Below, one piece after another: positions 48,779 to 58,223 of a DNA stretch of 64,000 nucleotides. The DNA comes from an uncultured Thermoleophilia bacterium. Lineage in GTDB: Bacteria > Actinomycetota > Thermoleophilia > UBA2241. The notes beneath the pieces were generated by a model. It ran no database searches. It was not told the DNA's origin and saw only the letters and a list, made by a program, of their open reading frames with translations. The first letter of the stretch is position 1; each line of letters begins with the position of its first letter. Where the stretch lies: contig CAVQLY010000005.1 of assembly GCA_963713475.1 (NCBI GenBank), forward strand, positions 77,955-141,954. The letters run 5' to 3'. A program made the translations under genes and the position numbers.

Positions 48779-49064
48779 TCACACCCCCGTCTTCTGAGCG
48801 ATGGAGGGCTCGACGTGCTCTTCGTTCTCGCCCCTGACGGACTGCACCCCGTAGCAGCGCCCAGATGGCGAAGAAGATCCACAGGGCGTTCACGTTCCAG
48901 TACCACATGGAGAAGGGCAGGCCCAGGATCACGAACCCGGACTTCCAGTGTGACCCCCAGAGGTACAGCGGCGGGAACAGCGCGGCCACGAAGGGGACGA
49001 GGAACAGGACTGCGAAGACGGTGGTGACCGTTCTTGATGAAAGCCCGCGCAACCACTCTTTCAT
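48779..49064 (-). pseudogene. DUF3311-like small membrane subunit preceding the SSS gene, one frameshift
   Basis: MKEWLRGLSSRTVTTVFAVLFLVPFVAALFPPLYLW...WIFFAIWALL. The natural C-terminus (GVQSVRGENEEHVEPSIAQKTGV*) is in another frame, and its stop lies 1 nt from the SSS ATG. Confidence 0.5.
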
Positions 49065-49161
49065 GCGAACTCCTCTTGTAGCGGGAAGGTCAGCAGCTTG
49101 ATCACGGATCGAGGTCCAGAGGCATAGGCTTCCTTTCGCGTTGGGATAACGGCCATGGCTC

Positions 49162-50103
49162 TCAGACGCGCCGCAACTGGTCGTCCCAGTCCGGAGCCAG
49201 CGTCTCGAAGAGGGCTCTGCGCAGGTCCCAGAGCCCGTACTTGTAGTAATCGAAGTCGCCACCGGACCAGGCCTTGGCGTTGACGAGGCCCCAGAAGCCC
49301 CACTTCACGTCTGCGACCATGCGCACCACCTGTACTCGCGCCCAGAGGCGCGGGTCCCAGTGGCCGAGGTAGGACTCGATGGCGTGTCTGGTCTGAGCCT
49401 CGTCGAAGAAGTTGAAGCCGACGAATACGCCGATCTCGTAGGCGCGCTCGTTGTTAGAGGCGTAGTCGTAGTCGATGAGCCTCATTGGCTTGGGCGGGAC
49501 GGCAGTGGAGCGCATGTAGTTGCCGGCGCCCGGGTCGTTGTGGCAAGGGACGATGTCGAGCCCCGAGGCGATGAACCTCGCCTTGGCCTCGTTGTACGCG
49601 CTGAGTACGGCCTGCACCCACTGCGGGAATGTCGTGCCGTCGCGAAGCACCTGCTCGTAGTGCTCGTCGACCATGTCGAACACCGTCTTGGTCTGCGGCA
49701 AGGGTGGGCCCGAATTCCAGGAACGAAAGAGGCCCATGAGCTCGGCGCACACGTCCGGCGCCCGACCTCCCACGCGGTACAGGTCTGGTAGCCCTCCAGG
49801 AACTCCCCCACCTCGATACCGGACACCGGATCCTGGAAGTAGACGGCCGGGCCGACACCCACCTCGGCCGCGTGCAGCGAAGCGGCGGCGGCGGTCGCGC
49901 GATCGATGAACCCCTCGGTCCCAGGACCCGGAACCTTGACGAAGAACGGCCCGTCGGCGCCGCCCACCTCCACGCGGTAGTTGCTATTGGTGAGCCCGCC
50001 CGAGCACCGGCGACACCGTGAGCTCCCGGTCGCCCCAGATGCCGGGAACCCTGCCAGCACCGTGCGCAGTTCGTTGGCGGTTCTCAGGACGCGGCGCGTT
50101 CAC
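49162..50103 (-). pseudogene. Phosphotransferase (APH/choline-kinase family), frameshifted
   Basis: GGLTNSNYRVEVGG...FVKVPGPGTE in ORF 49482..50060. Catalytic CHNDPGAGNYM and IDYDYA in ORF 49162..49773. The GTG start overlaps the upstream stop (GTGA). Confidence 0.6.
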
Positions 50104-51043
50104 GACGCCTCCTTCATCCATCGCTCGACCTGGCCTTCCGTCACCGCGAACCGGGCCTTGAACAGCCGCCAGTGGCCGTACCGCTGGTACTCCACTGGGG
50201 AGTCCGGGTCCTCCGCCCTCGCGATGGAGCCGATCAGGCCCCAGCGAACGTCGTCGGCGACGCCGTACAGGTGGGCCCGGGCGAGCCGGGCCACATCTGG
50301 CTCGCCCAACCTCGCCTCGAAGACCTCGGCCGCATCCGCGACGAACGGGACGAACTCCGTGAGCACGGAGCCGAGCTCCTCCAGCGGGTCCATACGGGCC
50401 GTACTGCGTCCAGCCGACCAGCCGGACCTCGTCGCCGCGGAACATGAGGTTCGAGACCGCGCCATCGCCGTGGCAGGGCACCGGCTCCGCCGGAGCATCC
50501 AAGAGGCCGCGAATCTGCGTGAGAAGGTCGACGAGGCTGGCGACCGGGGAGCGGGACGGCGAGCGCGCTGTCGCGGACGTGCCCGTAAAGACTGTCGATC
50601 TGGTCGAACACCGACACCACGGGAAGATCGACGGCCAACTCGGCAAACCGGCGTCGCGCATCCAGCGACGCGCGCCATAGGCGCGGTTCGAGATGGAGAC
50701 GGTAGAGCGTGCCGAGCTTCCACTCCCCATCCAGCACCTCCTGGACGCTGATACCGGCAGCGGCGTCGTGGAACACGAGCGGCGGAGCGATACCGGCGGC
50801 CGCGGCTACCTCCATGGCCGCGAACATGGCCGGCTGGTCCACCCGGACGAGGGCCGCCGGCCTGAGGCGGCGTGCGACGAGTCGCGCGCCGCCGGGAGAG
50901 GTGGCGGCGAAGAAGACACTGTCCCCGCCGACCCATGAAGGGCTGGCGATGGTCGGCAGCGCCGGCGCCCACGCGAGACGAGCCAGCTCATCCGGGAGGA
51001 GCCCACTGAGGCCCAGGCCGTCCACCACGGCGGTCTCAGACAT
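50100..51043 (-). pseudogene. Second phosphotransferase (APH/choline-kinase family), with at least 2 frameshifts
   Basis: MSETAVVDGLGLSG..., then PCHGDGAVSNLMF, then the C-terminus LYGVADDVRWGLIGS...WMKEAS*, in three frames. The start overlaps the amidase stop (ATGTCTGA). Confidence 0.6.
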
Positions 51044-52441
51044 TGGAGAGCTCCCCGCCGACAAGGTTCGGCCAGGGCAGTTCGAGGTCGAGCGCCTCCT
51101 CGAGCAGAACGGCCACGCGCAGTACGTCGGCATCGCGGAACCGCTTCCCGACGATCTGGACGCCAATCGGCATCCCGGTGTCTGCGGTCCGCCCGCCGCA
51201 GATGCTGGCAGCGGGCTGACCCGTCTGGTTGAACCAGGCGGTGAAGCTCGCGTGGTACAGGAGCGGCACCCCGGGGGCTGGGCCGAATCTGTCGGCAGGG
51301 AACACGGGGACGGGCATGACCGGCGCGACGATGAGGTCGAGGTGCTCCGTGGCGCGCGACGACACGGTCTCGCGTCGCCGCCACGATGTTGGCGGCGGCC
51401 ATGGCGTCCGAGCCGCTCACACCGCGCGCCGTCTCGCACCACTCCTTTACGATGCCGAGGAGGCGCTCCCCGTGGTGGTCGGGCGCGCCGTCCGCTTCGG
51501 CCAGCGCACCCAACTTGAGGCCAAGATCCAGAGCTGCGTATTCGTCGTCGGTGACGTCGAGCCGAAGCTCCTCGACTTCCGCTCCCCACGACACGAGCTG
51601 TTCACCAGCCTTGGCCACGACGGCGAGCGTCTCGTCGTCGGCGGGCAGCCCGTACCCCATGGCCGTGAGCATGGCCACGCGCTTGCCGCGGATGCGATCG
51701 ACGCCCCATGTGGCTGCCTCGAACTGGCCGGGCAGGCACCACGGGTCGCTCGCATCCGCTTGGCCAACGCACACGAGCATGGTCTCCAGGTCGGCGGCGC
51801 GGCGCGCCATGGGCCCAGCCGAGCGGGCCATGCTGGCCGGCGCATATGCGATGCGCCCCTGGGTCGGCTTGATCGCCGCGGCGCCGCAGTGCGCTGCCGG
51901 AAGCCGCACCGAGCCGGCGACGTCGGTACCCATCGCGACGGGCACGACGCCGGCCGCCAGCGTGACGGCCGCTCCGGCGCTCGATCCACCCGGGGTGTAC
52001 TCCGGACCCCACGGGTTGCGGATGACCCCGAACTCGAATGATGCCGGATGCCAGCATGCCAAAGTCCGGCATGGCGGTCTTGGCGACGAGGACCGCGCCC
52101 GCCTCCTTGAGGCGCAGCACCGGTGCCGAATCGGCCACTGAGACGCCGGCGCCGTCGTGGACAGCGCTGCCGTGCCAGCGGCGAAGGCCAGCGACCCGGT
52201 AGCTGTCCTTGACCGTCACGGGGACGCCATCAAGAGGGCCGAGGCCGCAGCCGGCGCGGAAACGTTCCCGGCTGGCTTCCGCCGGCCGCAGGCAGTCCTC
52301 GTTGAAAGCGGCGATCGCATTGAACGAGTCCTGAGCAGCATGGGCGGCCTCGAGCGCAGCCTCGGCGACTTGGACGGGATCGAGCTCGAGCGTCCGGTAC
52401 AATGCGGCGAGATCTCCTGCGCTATGGTAAGAAGCTCCCAT
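51036..52441 (-). pseudogene. Amidase-signature (AS) family amidase, 2 frameshifts
   Basis: N-terminal ORF 51602..52441. AS motif GGSSAGAAVTLAAGVVPVAMGTDVAGSVRLPAAHCG in ORF 50806..52062. C-terminus in ORF 51036..51365. Confidence 0.7.
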
Positions 52442-52487
52442 TTAGCTCCCCCAAAGTAATACCTTTTACCGGTATTGGTATGGATAT

Positions 52488-52501
52488 TTGGTCCGTACCA
52501 A
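52488..52501. promoter_or_regulatory. HutC/DasR-type operator-like sequence ttggtccgtaccaa
   Basis: Resembles the TGGTCTAGACCA-type half sites. Lies in the comparatively AT-rich divergent region between the amidase operon and the GntR gene. Confidence 0.35.
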
Positions 52502-52621
52502 AATATAGCCGCACAGTAGACCCAAATTCCGACCTCGTCAAGGGGGTCTCAGGAGTCCATCTTGGTCCCGCTGATGCCCGGATCGAACCGGAATGCTTGT
52601 CGGACAGCAGACCATTTGTGG

Positions 52622-52627
52622 TATGAT
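52622..52627 (+). promoter_or_regulatory. Candidate -10 (TATGAT, with upstream TG) for the GntR gene
   Basis: gtggTATGATtt lies 32 nt before ATG 52659. A possible -35 TTGTCG sits at 52597 with a 19-nt spacer. Confidence 0.3.
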
Positions 52628-52658
52628 TTAGGCATCATGCGAGGGAAAGCAGCAAGTC

Positions 52659-53489
52659 ATGGCTACGAAACAGCAACTGCTTGATGATCTGGAGGCGCGC
52701 TGCGCCGCGCTCCGTGCGCAGGGCGGGGGCAAGCTGCCGCCGGAGCGCGCACTCGCGGAGGAGCTCGGGGCTTCTCGCTCCACCGTCCGCCGAGCACTTT
52801 CGGAGCTCGCGGCGATGGGCGCGGTCACCATCCGGCGCGGCCGCGCCGGCGGCGCGGTGGTTGAGGGCACGCCCCGCACTGGGCGCGAGCGGCGCGAAGA
52901 GCGACTCCTCGCCGTCTGGAGCACGGATGGCGGCAAGGTCACCCGCAGCCTCAACCACATCAGCGGGATTCCCCAGACCCTGGCCGGAGAGGGGCTGGCT
53001 GTGGGTATTCGCGTCCTCTCGCTGGCGCTCGAAGCGCCAGACCCCAAGATCGCAGAGCGGCTGGGCGTCGACCCGGTCGAACCGGTGGTCGCGCTGACCC
53101 GCATCCGCGTCGCCAATGGGCAAGCCCTCTCCCTCGAGCGCATGTACCTCAGCTATGGCCGCTTCCCCACCCTCGTGGAGGAGGGCCTCGGCGGCGCGAC
53201 GTCCATGTACCTGCTGCTGCGCGAGCGCTACGGCGTATCAGTCGCGTATATTGAGGAGGAGATCGAGATCGCGGGGGCCACGCCGCGGGAAGCTGCACTG
53301 CTCACGATCGAGACGGGCGCCCCCGTCCTGGTGCTTCACAGGCTGGCTTCGGACACGGACGGCGTCCCCATCGAGTGCTCCTTCGACCTCTTTCGCGGCG
53401 ACCGGACGCGCCTGACCGTGCGGACCGCCGACGCGAGCGCCGCGGCCGCAGGCAACGCGCTAGGGGTGGCGCTCAAGCCAAAGCGATAG
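52659..53489 (+). CDS. GntR/HutC-family transcriptional regulator (wHTH + UTRA domain)
   Basis: KLPPERALAEELGASRSTVRRALSELAAMGAVTIRRGRAGGAVV, followed by a UTRA-like C-terminus. Intact 276-aa ORF. Confidence 0.85.
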   Translation: MATKQQLLDDLEARCAALRAQGGGKLPPERALAEELGASRSTVRRALSELAAMGAVTIRRGRAGGAVVEGTPRTGRERREERLLAVWSTDGGKVTRSLNHISGIPQTLAGEGLAVGIRVLSLALEAPDPKIAERLGVDPVEPVVALTRIRVANGQALSLERMYLSYGRFPTLVEEGLGGATSMYLLLRERYGVSVAYIEEEIEIAGATPREAALLTIETGAPVLVLHRLASDTDGVPIECSFDLFRGDRTRLTVRTADASAAAAGNALGVALKPKR

Positions 53490-53554
53490 CACGATGCCCC
53501 AATGGGCGGGCCTCCGCACAAATCGGCAGCCAGGCGGGTCCCGGTGCGATTCGC

Positions 53555-54804
53555 CTAGGTTGCGGGACCAGGCGCCACCGCGAGCACGCTCTGCAGAAGC
53601 ATTTCGGCCCCAGCCTCGCAGTGCGCCCAGTCCGTGTCCTCCACCTCGGCGTGGCTGCGACCGCCGATACTCGGCACGAAGATCATTGCGGTCGGGGCGA
53701 CCCTCGCCACGTACACCGAGTCGTGACCGGAGCCGCTGACGAACGACATCGGCGAGTGGCCCAGGTCTGCGGCCACGCGGCGGACCACGGCAACCAGGCC
53801 GTCATCGAACTCGGTGCGCCCGGTCCGCCAGGGGGGGTCTATCCGAAGCCCGCATCCGTGCGCCCCCGCGATGGCCGAGAACGAGCCGGCCAGGTCATCC
53901 CAGGCGCGAACCGCCAGGTCTTCGTCCCACGAGCGCATGTCGACAGTGAAATGGACGTGGTCGGCAATCACGTTGGAGGCGTTCGGGCGCACATCGAGCC
54001 TGCCGACCGTGGCGACCAGGCCGCCGGACGTCTTGGATGGCAGCTCGCGCGTCGCGAGCACCATCTCGGCGGCAGCTACGAGTGCGTCGTTGCGCCCCTC
54101 CATGGGCGTGGTCGCCGCGGATCGGCCTGCTCCTATTCCACATGCACGTGGTACACGTGCAGACAGACGACGCCTCTGGGAATGCCAATCACCGCTCCGG
54201 CGGAGTCGAGGATCGGCCCCTGCTCGATGTGCAGCTCGAGGTAGGCACGAACCGGCCAAGCCACGCATGGAACGTCCCCGGCGTACCCAATGCGCCGTAG
54301 TTCCTCGCCGAAAGAGGCGCCACTCTCGTCCCGGAGCCCGCGCACCCAGCCCGCCCGCAGCTGGCCGGACCACACGCCGGAGCCGAGCTTGGATGGCGTG
54401 AACCTCGCACCCTCCTCTGCCGTCCAGGCCGCGAGCATCAGCGGCCGCGCCGTGACCACATCGGCGTCGGCGAGCGTGCGCATCACCTCGAGCCCGGCCA
54501 TGACGCCCAAGGTGCCGTCGAAACGGCCACCCCGGGTCTGCGAATCGAGGTGCGACCCGATCATTACCGGGGCCGCGGCTTCATCGCGTCCCCCCCGGCG
54601 ACCGAAGATGTTGCCCATCTCGTCGACTACCACGCTCGCCTCCGCCTCCCTGAGCCACGCTGCGAGCTGGTCCCTGGCGCTCTTGTCCTCGTCGCCGAGC
54701 GCAAGGCGTGTCACACCGCCCCCAGGGGTTGCGCCGATTTCCGCCATCCGATCGAAGGCGGCCTTCAACCGCCGACCGTCGATCCGCAGCTCGTGGCTGG
54801 ACAT
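53555..54804 (-). pseudogene. M20-family amidohydrolase (allantoate amidohydrolase / N-carbamoyl-amino-acid hydrolase type), one frameshift near 54135
   Basis: ATG 54804 gives MSSHELRIDGRRLKAAFDRMAEIG...GSHLDSQTRGGRFDGTLGV...ELHIEQGP. The sequence then continues as GAGRSAATTPMEGRNDAL... in ORF 53555..54373. The junction gtggaatagga is consistent with loss of one A. Confidence 0.7.
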
Positions 54805-55533
54805 CCTGCCTCCCGTGGGTCGTCGTATCGTGACGCGCTCTTTGGCAGAGGGTACGCGCTCGGCATGTTCCCTGCGCATTGTGGCGCGGCTCTGCCATGA
54901 GTATCAGACCCGAGAGACAGTCGCCAAGGGGATGACGCTGGAATCACTTCATCGCAAGTGGCAATCGACTCCTCCCCGACGTCAAGCCCCGTCGTGCAGT
55001 GCAGGGATGGGTCTTCCTGGGGCTGACATGCATCTCGGCCAGCGGAACAGCTCCTTCCGAAGCGCCCACGCCCCCACTCGACTCTGGCGAGTTCTGCACG
55101 CTGCTCCTCATCGCTTTCGCCTCGCACAGCCAGTCACCCTCCGGTGGCCCGGCTCCCCGACTCGCCCATCATCACGAGACCGTGCCGCCGCCGCAGCTTG
55201 GTGATCGTCTGCCAGACCTTCACGTGGTCGGCCTCGACCCCGTTGGCGGCGAGCGCCTCCGCGCAGGTGGTCGGGAGGCATTTGTTGGAGGTCTTGAGAT
55301 TCTGTGCGACGCACAGAAACGCTCGCGGTGCAGCCAGTCCTCCCCTCTTGCCGACGCATGGCCGACCCCATCGGAGAGGCACTGGGGCTCGCGCGACTGG
55401 GTAGCGGGGCGGTGTCCGGTTCCGCAGTCCCTCGGTTGCCGGCCTTCACCGGGGGCCGACCTACCGCCTTTGTTGCCGACGTTGGTGCCTGCGTGGTGGC
55501 AGGGAACGCCGCCAGTCTCGGAATCGGTGCTGC

Positions 55534-55552
55534 GCACGATACGCAATCGTGC
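55534..55552 (+). promoter_or_regulatory. 7-5-7 palindrome gcacgat-acgca-atcgtgc
   Basis: A second copy at 62380..62398 has arms acacgat/atcgtgt. The outer position changes on both arms (G..C to A..T). Confidence 0.4.
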
Positions 55553-55582
55553 CAGGAACGTAGTCGCACTGACTCCACGCGA

Positions 55583-55622
55583 CCGGGTGCCGTATCGGGG
55601 ACTATGCTCACACGTACAGAAC
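55583..55622 (+). repeat. Box B, copy 5 (divergent, no adjacent H)
   Basis: ccgggtgccgtatcggggactatgctcacacgtacagaac. Confidence 0.45.
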
Positions 55623-55741
55623 GTCCGGTCGGGCGCAATGCTGGGAGACGCCCCGATCAGCCTGCTGGAGTGACAATCGCCCAACGGGCCTATCTCTAGC
55701 CACGCCGGGCACCTCCCGCAGTAGGAGGGAGGTGAGAAGCC

Positions 55742-56296
55742 ATGAGAGGACCGTACCGCAAGTACGGCGTCTTGGCGCTGCTCGCGCTGCTCCTGCTGCT
55801 CGGTTTGCTGCTGGTCGCCGCACCGGCAGGCGCGGAGACCCGGACCGCCTACACGGCGACCACGACCTACCTTCCCGACGACCCCGACAACGCCCCCGGC
55901 AACTGGGTCTTGTACGAGAAGAAGCAGGCCTGCGCTCTGGACATTGTCGAGGTCTTTTGGACCGAGTGCAGCGACCCCCGCCGGACCGGCAGGAACGTCC
56001 AGCATCTGAACAGCTACGGGCAAGGACACTTCTGGGGGCAGGGCGTCTTCAATCCCTTCTGGGCGATTCAGTACCTGACGGGAACGCTCTACGTCGACTA
56101 CGGGGGAGGCGGCGTCTGGGAAGGCAGCTCGACCGCGACCTACGACCGCAAGACCGGGACGACCCAGACTGGCGTGGACTACGGCGTGTCCGGCAGCGTC
56201 GCCGGATTGCGTGCGACCTACACCGTCAGAGAGACTGCTCAAGGCAACACCTTTGTAACCACCGTCACCGAGACCGGGTACATCATCGAGCCGTGA
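55742..56296 (+). CDS. Secreted protein of unknown function (184 aa)
   Basis: RBS ggagggagg. Signal peptide GVLALLALLLLLGLLLVAAPAGA. Intact ORF. Confidence 0.7.
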   Translation: MRGPYRKYGVLALLALLLLLGLLLVAAPAGAETRTAYTATTTYLPDDPDNAPGNWVLYEKKQACALDIVEVFWTECSDPRRTGRNVQHLNSYGQGHFWGQGVFNPFWAIQYLTGTLYVDYGGGGVWEGSSTATYDRKTGTTQTGVDYGVSGSVAGLRATYTVRETAQGNTFVTTVTETGYIIEP

Positions 56297-56325
56297 CCTC
56301 TGCGGCTGCAGCGGGAGGAACAAGG

Positions 56326-56357
56326 GAGGCTCGCCACCCGTGAGGGCAGCGGGCCTC
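56326..56357 (+). terminator. Hairpin H, copy 9
   Basis: gaggctcgccacccgtgagggcagcgggcctc, 30 nt past the stop at 56296. Confidence 0.6.
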
Positions 56358-56367
56358 TTCAGCGCTC

Positions 56368-56406
56368 GGCCACCGTTTCGGGGACTTCGCCCACACGCAC
56401 AGAAGC
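56368..56406 (+). repeat. Box B, copy 6
   Basis: ggccaccgtttcggggacttcgcccacacgcacagaagc, starting 10 nt after hairpin H copy 9. Confidence 0.6.
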
Positions 56407-56660
56407 GCGACTGGAGGAGGGGCAAGAACCGCGGCGGCCGCCCTGGGAGGCGGCCGGGGGGCGCCAGGCAATGGAGCTGCCGGCGCGGTGGTCTGGTTCT
56501 GACGGTTCCTGAAATCAACCATAGCACCGGGACCGGAACGGTGCGCCGTTGCATGGCGGCCCGCCGGCAGTCTTCCGCTGGAAGTCGGCTACGACGGGCG
56601 CGTCGTCATTCTCGGCCGCGCTCGCGGCACGGGACAAGGGGCTGAGGGGTCCGGCAGGTT

Positions 56661-56773
56661 GACGACGAAGAACGGCCCCGGCGCCGTCCTGCGACCCGGG
56701 GCCGTCTGCCTCCGGCGGAGCGGGGACAGAACAAGGGGACCTACGCCCCTCCTAGCGCGTTCCGCCGACTGCA
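56661..56773 (+). repeat. Element E, copy 1 (about 110 nt, two predicted hairpins)
   Basis: ggccccg-N15-cggggcc, then ggcggagcggggacagaacaaggggacctacgcccctcctagcgcgttccgccgactgc. Confidence 0.5.
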
Positions 56774-57007
56774 CCCACGTTGTCGGTGCGTTCCGGCATC
56801 CCTTTAGCCTCGAGAGTAGTCAGTCCGGTAGACGCGACGCCAGCGCCAGATGCGGGACCGGGCGCCGAAGCCGCCTGGCATCGCCTGACGCAGGACGACC
56901 CCGCCGCGAAACGTCCAACTAGGCGCTAGACGAGTCAAACGTCAGCGTGCAGGGTCGTGAGGGTAGCCTAGACGATGCTGGAGCCACCGACCAGGGTCGT
57001 TGCCGAT

Positions 57008-57114
57008 GGACGCAGAAGCGGCCCCGAAGCCGAAGCCCGGGGCCGCCCGTCACCGGCGAAGCGGGGCAGAACGAGGGGACCTGTGCCCCCTCCTAGCGCC
57101 TTCCGCCGGCTGCG
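57008..57114 (+). repeat. Element E, copy 2
   Basis: ggccccg-N10-cggggcc, then ggcgaagcggggcagaacgaggggacctgtgccccctcctagcgccttccgccggctgc. Confidence 0.5.
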
Positions 57115-57377
57115 CCTCTGTTCTCAGCCATGGGCCATCCCCTTGGCGAGCCTGGCTTGGGGGGATCAGGATGTTGTTAGCAAAACGGAGAGGCAGCCCT
57201 TCGTCAAGCGCGGGCCCGCGCGTGGGGGCCGCCTACGGGTCTAACCGGCACCGGTGGATTGTGGCCCTGCCGACGACCGCTCCGACAGCCGATGCTCTGC
57301 GTATCATCAGCAGTCAAACGTTTCGCACTAGGGATGCAGAACGGTCCGCCGCCAGTGAGCTGCCTGGGTGACGATGA

Positions 57378-57409
57378 GAGGCTCGCCGCCCGTGAGGGCA
57401 GCGGGCCTC
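57378..57409 (+). terminator. Hairpin H, copy 10
   Basis: gaggctcgccgcccgtgagggcagcgggcctc, closing a gene-less stretch of about 1 kb. Confidence 0.6.
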
Positions 57410-57418
57410 TCCATGACC

Positions 57419-57458
57419 GGCCACCGTTCTAGGGACCTCGCCCACACGCACAGAACGC
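57419..57458 (+). repeat. Box B, copy 7
   Basis: ggccaccgttctagggacctcgcccacacgcacagaacgc, starting 9 nt after hairpin H copy 10. Confidence 0.6.
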
Positions 57459-57493
57459 GACCTCCCTCTGCCACGCTCGCCGTCGCCCAAGAA

Positions 57494-57510
57494 TCACCGG
57501 ATTCCGGTGA
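57494..57510 (+). promoter_or_regulatory. P palindrome, copy 6
   Basis: Context gccacgctcgccgtcgcccaagaa-tcaccggattccggtga-tgacaacgcc, about 106 nt upstream of ATG 57609. Confidence 0.6.
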
Positions 57511-57608
57511 TGACAACGCCACTCACCACTCCCATTGTGGAGGTGGGAAGGAGGCGAGAGATAGCAGGGACAGTGCATCGTGAAGGTTGAATCGAAGAGA
57601 AGCTGGTC

Positions 57609-57883
57609 ATGGTCTTCATCACGTTGTGCAGAGTGAGGTCCAGGCATCTCGAAGGGGCACACCGCCCGCCGCCTCGACTACGGTATCCCGAGGGGATGCG
57701 GGTGTTGGGCGAGTGGTGGCTGCAGACTCCGGACCCTGAGGTGATTCTGATTACAGAAGCGAACAGCGCGGCCCCGATGCTGGCTGCGCGTGCGGCTTGG
57801 GATGATGTCTTCGACATCACGATACTCCCGGCCGTCAGGCCGAAGAAGGGATGGCGATCGCCCGTCAGGCGATGGCGGGGTAG
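57609..57883 (+). pseudogene. DUF3303-like small protein with one frameshift near 57840
   Basis: MVFITLCRVRSRHLEGA...YPEGMRVLGEWWLQTPDPEVILITEANSAAPMLAARAAWDDVFDITILP. The natural-looking end EEGMAIARQAMAG* is in another frame (TAG 57881). Confidence 0.55.
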
Positions 57884-57916
57884 CGGACGGGTCTGCAGCC
57901 GCGGGCGATGCAGCAA

Positions 57917-57948
57917 GAGGCCCGCGACCCGTGAGGGCAGCGGGCCTC
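57917..57948 (+). terminator. Hairpin H, copy 11
   Basis: gaggcccgcgacccgtgagggcagcgggcctc, 34 nt past TAG 57881. Confidence 0.6.
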
Positions 57949-57980
57949 TGTTAATGCCGAAATGTCTAGCCTATGGCGAA

Positions 57981-58122
57981 GGCTCAGACGGCCCCCGTCC
58001 TTGCCAAGAATCGTGCCAACATGCCAATCCGAACGATGGGGATTGTGGCAGTGTATGGGGCTGTGTGGAGGCTGGAGGAGCACCGCAGGCACGGTCAGGG
58101 TTGATGAAAATCGTGTCGCGGC
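57981..58122 (+). repeat. Leader block R4, copy a (about 140 bp)
   Basis: ggctcag..ccttgccaagaatcgtgcc..gattgtggcagtgtatggggctgtgtggaggctggaggagcaccgcaggcacggtcaggg..atcgtgtcgcggc. Aligns to 61979..62118. Confidence 0.6.
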
Positions 58123-58223
58123 CTGTGAACGGCTGCCAGAAGGGGTCCGAAGCCAAGACTGGGAGGGGGCAGCGCATCGGGCACACCGTTTCTTCAGCCA
58201 GAACGAAGCGCGGGGGGTCTGAA

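Noticed and set aside
55134-55382. Minus-strand ORF (FLCVAQNLKTSNKCLPTTCAEALAANGVEADHVKVWQTITKLRRRHGLV) as a possible HTH, recombinase or replication-protein remnant at the inner edge of the plus-strand array.
   Set aside because: The composition looks coding, but I cannot assign a family and it lacks a start context. It is left unannotated and worth a profile search.
57494-57510. Block P read as an ECF-type promoter (-35 GGATT/GGAAT, -10 CGTC-like).
   Set aside because: Sequences 16-18 nt downstream of the GGATT are not conserved among the eight copies, and the alternative orientation would transcribe away from the genes.
57981-58122. Block R4 and box B read as known riboswitches or sRNAs (ydaO/c-di-AMP, glycine, cobalamin, 6C RNA, guanidine-III).
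   Set aside because: Only short chance resemblances were seen (e.g. AUCCGAAC, CACCGCAGG). The defining conserved cores of those families are absent. This cannot be excluded without covariance-model searches.
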